NCBI GenBank assembly: GCA_963843555.1
Contig: CAWJKV010000014.1
Span: 1 to 64,000 of the forward strand
Origin: an uncultured Methanosarcinales archaeon
Lineage (GTDB): Archaea > Halobacteriota > Methanosarcinia > Methanotrichales > Methanotrichaceae
DNA length: 64,000 bases
Direction: 5' to 3'
Below are positions 39,498-50,085 of this stretch, one piece after another. The position numbers were made by a program, and so were the translations under genes. Under the pieces are notes generated by a model. The model searched no databases. It saw nothing but the letters and a program-made list of their open reading frames with translations, and had not been told where the DNA came from. How positions within the stretch are numbered: position 1 is the stretch's first letter; each line of letters starts with the position of its first letter.

Positions 39498-41870
39498 ATG
39501 TCAAAGCAACCTGATAAACACCTGCGTGCACATCTGCCCATCCCAGAAGTGCCGAAGTCGGGCCTGACGACGTACGATGCCAAGGACCCGGACACCACGT
39601 ACCCGCCGATCGAGCCGCTTCGTCCGCCTGCTGGCGCGCCCAATGTGCTGATCATCCTGCTCGACGATGCGGGTTTTGGCTCGTCAAGCGCGTTCGGTGG
39701 GCCGTGCCACACCCCGACCTTTGAGAAGCTGGCAGCCGGAGGGCTGAGATACAATCGCTTCCACACCTGCGCGCTGTGCGCTCCCACTCGTCAGGCTCTG
39801 ATGACCGGTCGCAACCACCACTCTGTGGGCATGGGCAACATCACCGAGATTGCCACATCGGCTCCCGGCCAAAACTCGCTACGGCCCAACACAAAAGCGC
39901 CGATGGCCTTGACCCTGAAGTTGAACGGCTACTCCACAGCCATGTTCGGCAAGTGTCATGAAGTGCCGGTCTGGGAAAGCAGCCCCATGGGGCCGTTCGA
40001 GCACTGGCCTTCTGGCGGCGGCGGCTTCGAGTACTTCTACGGCTTCATTGGAGGGGAGAGTAACCAGTGGGATCCGGCGCTGTATGAGGGCCAAACTCCG
40101 ATCGAGCCGCCGGCAACGCCTGAAGAGGGATACCACCTGACTGAAGACCTGGCAGATCATGCCGTCAACTGGATTCGCCAGCAAAAGGCGCTGATGCCCG
40201 ACAAACCCTTCTTCGTATACTTTTCGACGGGTGCGACGCACGCCCCGCACCATGTGCCCAAGGAGTGGGCTGATAAGTACAAGGGCAAGTTCGCCCAGGG
40301 CTGGGACAAAGTGCGAGAGGAAACCTTCGCACGCCAAAAGGCGTTGGGTGTCATCCCGCAGGATGCCGAGCTGACACGACGCCACACTGAGATTCCCGGC
40401 TGGGAGGATATGCCTGCCGAGCTCAAGCCTGTGCTCGAGCGCGAGATGGAAGTGTACGCTGGATTCATGGAGCACACCGACTATCACGTCGGACGCGTGA
40501 TCGATGCCATTGAAGACCTGGGAGTTATGGACGACACGTTGATCTTCTGCATCATTGGAGACAACGGCGCCTCAGCCGAAGGAACATTGAATGGCGCGTT
40601 TAACGAGATGGCCAATTTCAACGGAATGGCCGCCCTGGAGACGCCGGAGTTCATGTTGTCCAAGATGGATGAGTTCGGCTCACCAGAGTCGTACAATCAC
40701 TACGCCGTGGGTTGGGCGCACGCCATGGACGCGCCGTATCAATGGACCAAGCAGGTCGCTTCGCACTGGGGCGGGACGCGCAATGGCACAATAGTGCACT
40801 GGTCTAAGGGCATTTCGGAAAAAGGAGGCCTGCGCTCTCAGTTTTGCCACGTCATTGACGTCGCCCCGACTATCCTGGAGGCCGCCGGGCTCCCTGAGCC
40901 GGTATCGGTCAACGGCGTCCAGCAGTCGCCGATGGAAGGCACGAGCATAGCATACAGCTTCAACGAGGCCAATGCCCCCGAACGGCATTACCTGCAGTAC
41001 TTCGAGATGTTCGGCAACCGGGGCCTCTACTACAAAGGCTGGAGCGCCGTAACCAAGCACCGCACTCCGTGGCTGATGGTCGGGCAGAAGATGGTGGCCT
41101 TCGATGACGATATCTGGGAGCTGTACGATGGCAGCAAGGACTTCACCCAGGCGAACGATCAGTCAAAAGAGATGCCGGATATGCTACATAAGCTGCAGCG
41201 TCTGTGGCTGATCGAGGCGACCAAGTACAACGTCATCCCGTTGGATGACCGGCAGGCCGAGCGCTTCTTCCCCGATATTGCCGGACGGCCAACACTCATC
41301 CAGGGCAATTCGCAGTTATTCTTCCCCGGGATGGGACGCCTGTCGGAAAGCAGTGTCGTCAACATGAAGAACAAATCGTTCTCCGTCACTGCCGAGATCG
41401 AGCTTGCCGGCAAAGTCGCCAATGGCGTGATCATCGCCCAGGGTGGCCGTTTCGGCGGCTGGAGCGTGTATGCCAAGGAGGGATTTGCCAGGTTCACCTA
41501 CAATGTGCTGGGCATCCACGAATTTCCGACCGAGGCGACGGAGCCGATTCCCCAGGGCAGGCATCAGGTGCGAATGGAATTTGCCTACGACGGCGGCGGC
41601 CTGGCCAAGGGCGGCAACGTCACGCTGTACTACGATGGCAAGGAAGTGGGCAAAGGTCGCGTGGCCGCCACCCAGCCGATGATATTCTCGGCGGACGAGA
41701 CGACGGATATCGGCTACGAGTCCGGCACGCCTGTCAGCCCCGATTACAGCACCAAGACGAGCAAGTTCACAGGCAAGATTCACTGGGTGCAGCTCGACGT
41801 GGGCAAGGACGATCACGACCACTTCATTGATCCCGAGGAGCGGCTGCGTATTGCCATGGCAAGACAGTAA
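39498..41870 (+). CDS. Arylsulfatase (Cys-type, formylglycine-dependent)
   Basis: PNVLIILLDDAG, CAPTRQALMTGRNHH (CxPxR), GKCH, THAPHH, GDNG; SD AAGGAG before ATG 39498. Confidence 0.93.
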   Translation: MSKQPDKHLRAHLPIPEVPKSGLTTYDAKDPDTTYPPIEPLRPPAGAPNVLIILLDDAGFGSSSAFGGPCHTPTFEKLAAGGLRYNRFHTCALCAPTRQALMTGRNHHSVGMGNITEIATSAPGQNSLRPNTKAPMALTLKLNGYSTAMFGKCHEVPVWESSPMGPFEHWPSGGGGFEYFYGFIGGESNQWDPALYEGQTPIEPPATPEEGYHLTEDLADHAVNWIRQQKALMPDKPFFVYFSTGATHAPHHVPKEWADKYKGKFAQGWDKVREETFARQKALGVIPQDAELTRRHTEIPGWEDMPAELKPVLEREMEVYAGFMEHTDYHVGRVIDAIEDLGVMDDTLIFCIIGDNGASAEGTLNGAFNEMANFNGMAALETPEFMLSKMDEFGSPESYNHYAVGWAHAMDAPYQWTKQVASHWGGTRNGTIVHWSKGISEKGGLRSQFCHVIDVAPTILEAAGLPEPVSVNGVQQSPMEGTSIAYSFNEANAPERHYLQYFEMFGNRGLYYKGWSAVTKHRTPWLMVGQKMVAFDDDIWELYDGSKDFTQANDQSKEMPDMLHKLQRLWLIEATKYNVIPLDDRQAERFFPDIAGRPTLIQGNSQLFFPGMGRLSESSVVNMKNKSFSVTAEIELAGKVANGVIIAQGGRFGGWSVYAKEGFARFTYNVLGIHEFPTEATEPIPQGRHQVRMEFAYDGGGLAKGGNVTLYYDGKEVGKGRVAATQPMIFSADETTDIGYESGTPVSPDYSTKTSKFTGKIHWVQLDVGKDDHDHFIDPEERLRIAMARQ

Positions 41871-42113
41871 GTCGCTCGGAGATGAGATGAAGAAACATAG
41901 AGGCATCCGCTCTGTTAAGTGGCGGAAGTCTCTTGTTTTATTTAGCAGCATCAACCAACCCCTGTAAGATTGTCCTCGGCCCGCTCATCGGCCATCGCCA
42001 GGATAGGGCTAGGATGGTCGCACCTGCTTAAATTTCGCAAGCAAAACATTTAACAGATGGATGGGCAGAAATTATGAAAGCAAAAAGGGAAAAGCGCTAA
42101 CGTCAGGACATAA

Positions 42114-43412
42114 ATGACAGATCCGGCATCAACCCCCTCCGCAGCTAAACAAGCAGCGAAAACCAAGTCGGATGATGTTCCAATCATCGCACTGTGGCAG
42201 ATCCTTCTCATAGCCCTGATTGTGGGGCTCTTTGCGGTGGTATGGCTCGTAGCGTACCAACTGCTAAACAGCTTGGTCTGGGAAAATGAATTTGTGACCG
42301 CCAACCGCTGGACGATCCCGGTGGGAACGATATTTTTCTCCCTGCTCGTCGGACTAGTTGTCAAGTATTTGCATGCTCCCAACCTTATCGAAGGGCGGGG
42401 TGCAGCGGAAGCTCTAGCATCCGGAGACATTTCTGGCTACAAGACTTTTTGGGGTGCACTGCTATCTTCCTTCTTTTCGTTACTATCAGGGGCAAGCGTT
42501 GGTCCTGAAGGTCCCATCGGCTTTCTCGCCGTGGACATTTCCGAATGGCTGGCGCTCAGGCTCAAGCTGCCCAAGGGAGCCTTCCTTTCGTCATGTTTGG
42601 CGGGTTTGAGTTCGGCATATAACGGGATTGTCGGCAATCCGGTCTTTTCCGCCGTCTTTGCGTCCGAGATGAGCGGCGGAAAGGGGGGACTCACCCTACT
42701 GGTAGCGAATCTGGCTGCCGGTGCAGTTGGTTTCCTGATCTTTGCCCTTCTGAAAGTCCCGGCCTTTGCAGGCTTTCTCGCCGTTCCTCATATTAGCACG
42801 ATTGAGCCAATCTGGGTGGCATGGGCGATTGCTCTGGGCGTGCTCGGTGCCCTGCTGGCAGCCTATATCGCCGTTGCCCTTCGTGTCACTGGCAGGATCA
42901 TGGGAGTGTTCAAGGATCGGATCATGCTAAGGATACTGTTTGCGGGAGCAATTATCGGCGGGGTCTGCTACTTCATCCCGGAGCTCATGTTCTCGGGTGA
43001 GTCGTCCATTCACACCATCATTGCAAGCGCAGCAACCTATGGGGTGCCGATGCTTTTGCTCTTTGCAGTTTTGAAACCACCTTTGCTAGCGCTGTCGTTC
43101 AAAGGGGGATATCTGGGCGGCCCAATTTTTCCCTCTCTCTTTACCGCCGCCATGCTCGGTCTAGCCATCAATCAACTTGTGCCAAGCCTGCCGCTAGAAA
43201 TCTGTCTCACCTGTGTTGAGGTTGGCGTGATCACATTGGTCTTAAAAGCGCCTCTGACAAGCATTCTGTTAGTGGCCATCGTAGCGGGTGGGGAAGCAAG
43301 CCTGGATGGGCTCATTGTGGTAGCGAGTGTAACGGCGATAATAGTGGGACAGGCATTTCAAGCGCTGATGATACGACGCGGTTCTGAGGCAGATGCTCCC
43401 GAAGCATCTTGA
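42114..43412 (+). CDS. CLC-family chloride channel/transporter
   Basis: GASVGPEGP and GYLGGPIFP signature motifs. Confidence 0.88.
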   Translation: MTDPASTPSAAKQAAKTKSDDVPIIALWQILLIALIVGLFAVVWLVAYQLLNSLVWENEFVTANRWTIPVGTIFFSLLVGLVVKYLHAPNLIEGRGAAEALASGDISGYKTFWGALLSSFFSLLSGASVGPEGPIGFLAVDISEWLALRLKLPKGAFLSSCLAGLSSAYNGIVGNPVFSAVFASEMSGGKGGLTLLVANLAAGAVGFLIFALLKVPAFAGFLAVPHISTIEPIWVAWAIALGVLGALLAAYIAVALRVTGRIMGVFKDRIMLRILFAGAIIGGVCYFIPELMFSGESSIHTIIASAATYGVPMLLLFAVLKPPLLALSFKGGYLGGPIFPSLFTAAMLGLAINQLVPSLPLEICLTCVEVGVITLVLKAPLTSILLVAIVAGGEASLDGLIVVASVTAIIVGQAFQALMIRRGSEADAPEAS

Positions 43413-43499
43413 AAAATGAGGATCGAAAATCAGGCCTTGGGTTCAACCTTCGATTTTGCTCAGCCATTGCAGATGGGATGGAGCGGAGGCACAAAGAAG

Positions 43500-43790
43500 A
43501 AGGCCAGCAGTTCTATCATATGCCTATTGGAAGAATGAGCTTGGCAAGTAAGCGGGAGGGAGAAGCGGGAGTCTGAGCTGGCCGAGGCCGTCGCACGGCT
43601 TGGCTGAAGGGGCCGGGATTCAGGAGCTCTCGAGACAGCAAAAGCTATCCACGAAGAAGGTCACAACCCATATCCTCAGGCACAGCCATTTGGTGAATGG
43701 GCTCGTAGCGGGCGTGCCTCTGTGCTTGATACAGAAGCATTGGGGCACAAGAGGTTGTCCACGACGGAGATATGCGCCAAAGTGACACTT
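43500..43790 (+). pseudogene. Tyrosine recombinase/integrase C-terminal remnant
   Basis: VTTHILRHS (HxxR) followed by LIQKH/LGHKRLSTTEI in a shifted frame; no N-terminus. Confidence 0.7.
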
Positions 43791-43880
43791 GCCCTGTTGA
43801 ATGAAGTGTATAAGATGCAGGAGTTGGCGCAGGTGAGGGACAAAACTATGCCAAAAAAAGGAGATGGGTATTAGCTACTT

Positions 43881-44609
43881 TTACACGCAGGGTAGCCAGT
43901 CAACGCTGATTGCGCCGCATGTGGAGTTGCCCCAGAGCTGGATGAACTTCTCGATGGAGAAGACGCCAGTCAGGTCTTCAACGCTGCGGCCATACTCGGC
44001 ATGGCGGCCCTTGAGCGCGTTGTCAGCCATGGGATCCCTTGAGATCCATCCGATGTGGGCAACACCGATTACGTTGCTGTTGAGGTTAGCCTCGAGAACA
44101 CCTGTGCAGCAGTTCGTCACGCCGTTATTGCCATAGCCCCTGGTCTTGACCTCGGTGGTCTTCTGCAGGTGCTCTGCATGGGTGTACATCTCAGTCAGCA
44201 CAGCGCCGATCCTGTAATTCTGGACGCAGAGTTTCTCGACCCACTTCTGGTCGTAGGTTCCGGTCTGGTAAGATACGGGCATGTACTCGAACTCAGCTTC
44301 CTTGGTGAAGTTGATGTAGTCCATGGGTGCGCCACCGGTTGGGTAAACGCAATTGGCTAGAACATTTCCATCCCTGCCGAGCTGCCTCTCGGCCTCGAGC
44401 TCAGTCCTCTCGGTGATCACGTTACCGGATCCGGACTCTTTCTCTACCAGCTTCTGGCCTGCAAAACCAGTCTGGGTTGAAACGATCATCTCTACATTCT
44501 TGTATCCAACGCCCTTGACCGATGCCTTTTCGTACATATAGTTGGCTGCACCGGCCATGCCTACTACGGCCATGGCGATAATAACCAAAACAGCTATTAG
44601 TTTTCTCAT
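43881..44609 (-). CDS. Secreted Cys-containing structural protein, possibly a sheath protein (MspA-like)
   Basis: Signal peptide, beta-strand-rich pattern, strong C/G-ending codon bias, C-terminal DWLPCV, SD AAGGAG; family assignment is from memory and unverified. Confidence 0.5.
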   Translation of the reverse strand: MRKLIAVLVIIAMAVVGMAGAANYMYEKASVKGVGYKNVEMIVSTQTGFAGQKLVEKESGSGNVITERTELEAERQLGRDGNVLANCVYPTGGAPMDYINFTKEAEFEYMPVSYQTGTYDQKWVEKLCVQNYRIGAVLTEMYTHAEHLQKTTEVKTRGYGNNGVTNCCTGVLEANLNSNVIGVAHIGWISRDPMADNALKGRHAEYGRSVEDLTGVFSIEKFIQLWGNSTCGAISVDWLPCV

Positions 44610-45913
44610 TTATTTCCCACCACTCCTTTACAGGAGGATCGAAGAGCTGCTCTTTGACAGCAACGAATGATCCCTCAGTGCATCACCCCGATAGGACAGC
44701 CGAATCCGAATTTAAGATGCGGGACCGTTCCACCAGATGAGATGGAACTCTTGCTCGACATTGTTTAACGCATCTGAATGCGTCAATGTCACCCTGTCCA
44801 GCGTGAGGCGCCTGATCCTGTAATTCCAATTAACCTTTGCGTGTGTCTTCCAGGCACACGCGTCTTGAATTCGGTTACTCACATATAAGCCTGTCGAGCA
44901 TGAAAAGGATGCGGAGTCCTGAAATTTATTTTGCATCCTTCCTAAACGTATGGTGTTTGAATTCATGTAATTCTCACAACCCTTACGACAATGACCCATT
45001 GCGAAATAAGCTTCCAGAAGCATTTTCCTCCGAAAGCCTCCTCTGGGTCGTGAATAAATTACGGTTGGTGTTACTCTATTGCAGAATCAGGATCAGTAGA
45101 TACTGATTTTCTCAGGATAGCACTTGGTGGGGCACGTTCATGGAATCACTATCTGTAAACGAGTTAAAGAAACTCCAACCTCACATTCGATTACTGCCCG
45201 CCTATGGGATCTACAGGTTTTGAATCTAAAAGAGAGGAATATATAATCCCATCTCAAATAAAACAAACCATGACGCAACTCCAGGCATTTTCTACCGGAT
45301 CCGGACTTGATATTGCTGCAAGTTCAGTCTATTTACACAGCACAGCGCAGTTGCGCCTCAATTTTATGGAAATATACTACGCCATCCTAAGATAATCTGG
45401 GACATTTTGCCGAGTGGATAATGGGGTATGGGGCCTGGCCAATCTTCAAATTGGCTAATTGCCTCCCCTCTTTTCGACCAGTATTCTTTGAGAAATGAAA
45501 GGAATCTTATGAGAAGCATTTGATGAGGACGTAGGAGGCAAAAGTCAGTGATATAGGTGGGAAAGAAATGAGATTCGACTTTTGCCAAGTACCATATACG
45601 ACAATTGCCGAAATATAAGGGTTTTGGTCCTTCCTAGTACAGCATGGCTGAAATAGGCCGACTTATGGAGGCAAGATTTGGCTAGAGATTCCAGTAAACA
45701 GATAGAATTAATGTGCATCGGCAATACATCCCTTATGACATCTTTATATATATAATAATTTCTTAAACCCTATGCAGAAGGCAATTATGCCAAGTCGGAA
45801 ACTCCATTTGACGGATTATCTGCGCTAACGCATTGAGTTGCTTGTACGACGGTGAGGTCCAGGTTTTTGAACTATGGCTTTGGAAAACCTAGGGATACTT
45901 CTCGACTACTCCG

Positions 45914-46192
45914 GTGGAATCGAGGAAAATATCGGACGAATTGTGGCTGCTATATAGACAAACATTGAAGCCGGCACGCAGGCCAAGGCTTCCTGTGGGC
46001 CACGATAGACGGCAGCCAGGCAGTTGTATACTACTCGATGATGTTTACGGAGGCGAGATCTGGGGTCAGCCTAGGAATTATGTAGCGGCAGAAGGTATCT
46101 TCTCTCTGACGTATCTCGATATGGCAGGCCTAATGCAACTCACTGAAATGGACAGTGAGGCCATCTCGGAGTTATACATAGATATTTTCTGA
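45914..46192 (+). CDS. Possible small hypothetical protein or remnant
   Basis: 92-aa ORF with GTG start, no recognisable motif. Confidence 0.3.
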   Translation: MESRKISDELWLLYRQTLKPARRPRLPVGHDRRQPGSCILLDDVYGGEIWGQPRNYVAAEGIFSLTYLDMAGLMQLTEMDSEAISELYIDIF

Positions 46193-46230
46193 GATCTAAT
46201 TTGAGAATGGTACTGCGCCCCAAGATCTTA

Positions 46231-46250
46231 TTATCGTCTTATAGCGATAA
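46231..46250. promoter_or_regulatory. ArsR-type operator (class A) next to TATA box
   Basis: TTATCG-N8-CGATAA immediately before TTTATAT (46252-58), upstream of arsR1. Confidence 0.7.
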
Positions 46251-46284
46251 GTTTATATCAGAATGGGTTTAGCATGCCTATATC

Positions 46285-46647
46285 ATGACCCAAAAATCTG
46301 TCTCGGATCTACGAGTCAAGATCCTTGATGCACTTTCAGACCCCACAAGGCTGGAGCTGTTGGAATATCTCTCCCAGGGAGAGCGTTGCGTCTGCGAGAT
46401 CATCCCTGCCTTTCAGAGATCCCAATCCACCATATCCAAACATCTGAACATCCTCCACGAAGCAGATATCCTAGATCGTAAGCTGGAGGGCAAGAGGACA
46501 GTTTACAGAATAAAAGATCCTCAAGTATTTGATCTGATCAGAATGGTGGACAGTATGGCTCTGAGGCAGATATCTCAGCTTAATGAAGCCGGAAAGATTC
46601 TGGAAAAATCCCTCAGCAATACTCAATTCTCGGCGCAACTTCAATAG
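46285..46647 (+). CDS. arsR: ArsR/SmtB transcriptional regulator 1
   Basis: ALSDPTRL, ERCVCEI, SQSTISKHL. Confidence 0.9.
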   Translation: MTQKSVSDLRVKILDALSDPTRLELLEYLSQGERCVCEIIPAFQRSQSTISKHLNILHEADILDRKLEGKRTVYRIKDPQVFDLIRMVDSMALRQISQLNEAGKILEKSLSNTQFSAQLQ

Positions 46648-46660
46648 GTGTTGATCTCAA

Positions 46661-47743
46661 ATGGATACATACACGATTATGGCGGCTCTGCAAGCAGGCT
46701 TCGCAACATTGCTGGAATATCTATCGGCACACGTTTTGACCTGCCTGATTCCCGCATTCTTCATAGCCGGCGCCATTTCCACACTCCTGCATAAGGAGAC
46801 AGTGCTTAAATATTTCGGAGCTGACGCGCCCAAATGGCTTTGCTACAGCGTGGCTGCCACTTCAGGAACGGTCCTGGCTGTATGCAGCTGCACCATCCTG
46901 CCCATGTTTGCAGGAATAGAAAAGAGAGGCGCAGGAATCGGCCCAGCCACGGCCTTTCTCTTCTCGGGTCCAGCCATCAACATCATGGCCATAATACTCA
47001 CGGCGCGGGTCTTGGGCCTGGATCTGGGAGTAGCCAGAGCGGTAGCGGCGGTCACCATGGCGGTCGTCATCGGCCTCATCATGGCTGCCATATTCCAGAA
47101 ATCTGAAAAAAAATGTGAATCTAAACCCGCTGCAACCGCCCAGATAGATTCCGACTCTGAGTCGAAGAGCCGTCCCGGCTATATCACAGGCTTATTCATG
47201 GCCATCCTGGTGGCCATATTGCTCGTGGCCACCTCCAGCTTCTTCGCATTATTGCCTAAATCGATAATCGTAGGAGCACTGGTATTATCAGCCGTTTTCC
47301 TGATGAAGACCTACTACCTGCCCGAAGAGAGAGATGAGTTCCTATCCGAGACCTGGTGGCTGACCAAGAAGATCTTTCCCCTGCTGGTAGTGGGCACATT
47401 CCTCACCGGCGTTATCGGTTACTTCATGCCCATGGAATGGATTCGCGCCGTCTTTGGCACCAGCAGCTTTTCGGCCTGCTTTTTGGCCTCGGTCATAGGC
47501 GCTCTGCTCTACATGCCCACGCTGCTGGAGGTCCCTATTGTGGGAACTCTCTTCGGCTACAGCACCGGCGATACCGCCGCCGGCCCCGCGCTATCGCTCT
47601 TGCTTGCCGGACCGTCTTTGAGCCTGCCAAGTATGATAGTGATCACAAGGGTAATTGGTCTGAAGAAAGGAGGCGTATACATAGTTCTGGTTGTCATAAT
47701 GTCGACCCTGGCCGGCATGATATATGGAGCAATTGTTTCATAA
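46661..47743 (+). CDS. DUF318/ArsP-type permease
   Basis: LAVCSCTILP, GPAIN, YMPTLLEVP, GPSLSLP. Confidence 0.87.
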   Translation: MDTYTIMAALQAGFATLLEYLSAHVLTCLIPAFFIAGAISTLLHKETVLKYFGADAPKWLCYSVAATSGTVLAVCSCTILPMFAGIEKRGAGIGPATAFLFSGPAINIMAIILTARVLGLDLGVARAVAAVTMAVVIGLIMAAIFQKSEKKCESKPAATAQIDSDSESKSRPGYITGLFMAILVAILLVATSSFFALLPKSIIVGALVLSAVFLMKTYYLPEERDEFLSETWWLTKKIFPLLVVGTFLTGVIGYFMPMEWIRAVFGTSSFSACFLASVIGALLYMPTLLEVPIVGTLFGYSTGDTAAGPALSLLLAGPSLSLPSMIVITRVIGLKKGGVYIVLVVIMSTLAGMIYGAIVS

Positions 47744-47899
47744 TTAATAGTAGGGGTCAGAGGAAAATGAAGAACATTTGGAGAGGAAGTGTTGCGGGTT
47801 GCATCCGAAAACGGGCAGCAGGTGAAAATAGCATCTCTCTATTTTGCTGGCATGACCACTCTGCCACTGCAGATCAGCTCCGCCGGCTTGAAGGTGTAT

Positions 47900-48245
47900 C
47901 CAAAGAGGTTGAGCAGCCGTCAAGGTGAGCATCCATCTCTACAACCAGGCTGCAATGGATACAATCACCTGGGAGGATCAGCCTGAGTATAATCCGGAGG
48001 CCTTGAGAACCTTGAATATCCAGAGCCGGGCTGGCAGACCTGGGACGCAACAGCCTTCGTGAAAAAGGCGGCAGTGGAATGCAGCGAGGCTGTCCTTTCT
48101 CCATGGTATTGGTGTCAGAGGACTGATTTACCTGATGATTTATAACCTGGGCATAGTGCTTCCCGTGCTGCTCTTAGGAGTCGCCAAGGCTCTTGGCATG
48201 AGCCCAGTGAAGGTGGATAATTTCCGGAACCGTCACAATGATTTA
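47900..48245 (+). pseudogene. Degraded remnant, probably of a CcdA-like membrane gene
   Basis: Broken frames including EGLIYLMIYNLGIVLPVLLLG...GMSPVKVDNFR. Confidence 0.4.
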
Positions 48246-48322
48246 GGCGAAAGGAATGGGCTCAAGTTTATCCGGTAAATGGATATTGAGAATCGGAAAA
48301 TCAAACTCGTGAGGTGGATTAA

Positions 48323-48559
48323 ATGGTGAAGATCGAAGTATTGGGAACAGGCTGTGCCAAGTGCAAGAGCCTATTGAAGAACGTGGAGAAGGCGGTCTCG
48401 GAGTCTGGCATTCAGGCGGAGATCATCAAAGTGGATAGCATCCAGGAGATCATGGATCGGGGTGTGATGATGACCCCCGCGCTCTTTATCGACGGCGAGT
48501 CCAAAATGGTTGGAAAGACCGGCAGTGTGGAAGAGATAAAGAAGATGCTCAAGAAATGA
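48323..48559 (+). CDS. Small redox-active disulfide protein (MTH895-like thioredoxin family)
   Basis: IEVLGTGCAKC, GVMMTPAL.IDG. Confidence 0.9.
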   Translation: MVKIEVLGTGCAKCKSLLKNVEKAVSESGIQAEIIKVDSIQEIMDRGVMMTPALFIDGESKMVGKTGSVEEIKKMLKK

Positions 48560-48571
48560 GGGATTAATATC

Positions 48572-48952
48572 ATGGAAGAGAAAAAGAAATGCCTGTGCAG
48601 TTCCTCGGATGTACGTGTCGTAGCCTGCTCCGGAGCCTCAAATGTGGGACAGATCGCAAACCAGGCGGCAATCGAGCTGGCCAGAGAAAATGTGGCAGGA
48701 TTCTTCTGTCTGGCGGGAGTAGGAGCCCATATTAAAGGAATGGTCAAATCCGGGAAAGAAGCTGATCTGATGGTGGCCATAGACGGATGTCCTGTGCAGT
48801 GTGCTGCCAAGACTTTGCAGCATGCCGAAATCGAGCCTGCGATACAGGTAATTGTAACGGAACTTGGAATTGAGAAGTCTCATGATATCGCAATTGATGA
48901 AAAGGCCTGCTCTAAAGTTGTAGCAAAGGTAAAGGAAGAGCTGGCTGCCTAA
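48572..48952 (+). CDS. DGC-domain putative zinc-binding protein
   Basis: ACSGASNVGQ, FCLAGVG, IDGCPVQCA. Confidence 0.88.
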   Translation: MEEKKKCLCSSSDVRVVACSGASNVGQIANQAAIELARENVAGFFCLAGVGAHIKGMVKSGKEADLMVAIDGCPVQCAAKTLQHAEIEPAIQVIVTELGIEKSHDIAIDEKACSKVVAKVKEELAA

Positions 48953-48969
48953 AATATTGGTGGAAAGAA

Positions 48970-50073
48970 ATGAGTTTATTGAAATCAAAGCTGATGCTGA
49001 TTTGCATAATCTTCGGGATCCTATTGGCGGTCATAGCCCTTACACAGAACGCATATGCAGGAGCGGAATGTGCATCCTTGGGCGGTGGTTGCGACGACGG
49101 CGGCGACTGGAACCCCATGTCCAAGCTGGACGAGATTGGAAAGCCAACCACCAACAGTCAGGAGCAGACTGCGGCCAAGTGGCCGGAGAAGTCGAGGCAG
49201 ATGAGATGGAACATGAATGCTTCCACCCAGGAGGATGAAAAGAACACGGCTTCGGAGACTCCTGAGAAGGCTGAAGCGCCTGCTCAGAAGGCCATACCTG
49301 TAAAGGTTGCAGAGGATCCTGCAAGGATAGTACGCAGCCCTGAGGCAAAAACGATTCTCGCTCCACTGGACACGGTCACGGATGGTGATATTCTGTTGGA
49401 CGTGAGCGAAAACTCCAGCACGCATATTGCTGGGTCAGTGGTCATACCTTACATGGAGTTTGACGTGCAAGCTGGAGTTTTGAAACCCGCGCCTGAAATC
49501 TCCAAGATTCTGGGAGACGCCGGAATCTCTCGTGATGATTCCGTCGTAATCTACGGAGAATGCCTGCCCTGCGGAGGAGGTCCGTCTGTAGCGACTTACA
49601 TCTACTGGATGATGAAGAGTCTGGGTCATGAGACGGTGAAGGTTTTAGACGGGACGGCCGAAGACTGGGAGGCAATGGGACGGGACACCACGAAAGACGC
49701 CCAGATACTACCCAGCAAAATCTACAATCCCGTAGAAACAGCAAATTACACTGCAACCTATGAGTTCGTAAAGAGCGGCCAGGCGCAGATCGTGGACGCC
49801 AGGACTTTGCAGGAGTTTGGGTCCGGAAGCATACCGGGATCGATCAGCATACCCTATACCAGCGTGCTGAATGGGAAAAAGATCAAAGGCGAGGACCAGC
49901 TGAATAAGGTTTTTATGATTCTGGACAAAGACCAGCCGGTAGTTGTCTTCACCAACACGGGTATGAAAGCCTCTGTGGTCTGGTTCGCCCTGGAGATGAT
50001 GGGTTATGATGCCAGGCTCTACAATTACCAGGATTGGACGGTAAATCAGCCTTCTAAAGGCTATTTGGGATAG
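48970..50073 (+). CDS. Exported tandem rhodanese-domain protein 1
   Basis: Signal peptide; HIAGS, GISRDDSVVIYGECLPC, VLDG, VDAR, IPGS; C-domain loop FTNTG (no Cys). Confidence 0.85.
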   Translation: MSLLKSKLMLICIIFGILLAVIALTQNAYAGAECASLGGGCDDGGDWNPMSKLDEIGKPTTNSQEQTAAKWPEKSRQMRWNMNASTQEDEKNTASETPEKAEAPAQKAIPVKVAEDPARIVRSPEAKTILAPLDTVTDGDILLDVSENSSTHIAGSVVIPYMEFDVQAGVLKPAPEISKILGDAGISRDDSVVIYGECLPCGGGPSVATYIYWMMKSLGHETVKVLDGTAEDWEAMGRDTTKDAQILPSKIYNPVETANYTATYEFVKSGQAQIVDARTLQEFGSGSIPGSISIPYTSVLNGKKIKGEDQLNKVFMILDKDQPVVVFTNTGMKASVVWFALEMMGYDARLYNYQDWTVNQPSKGYLG

Positions 50074-50085
50074 TGTGGTGAAAGA

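Noticed and set aside
24592..41954. Long antisense and alternate-frame ORFs inside ndvB, the sulfatase and other genes
   Set aside because: Shadow ORFs expected from GC-rich codon usage; no motifs.
45400..45800. Recurring TGCCRAGT-like words upstream of the sheath-like gene
   Set aside because: Short, degenerate and irregularly spaced; cannot be distinguished from chance without statistics.
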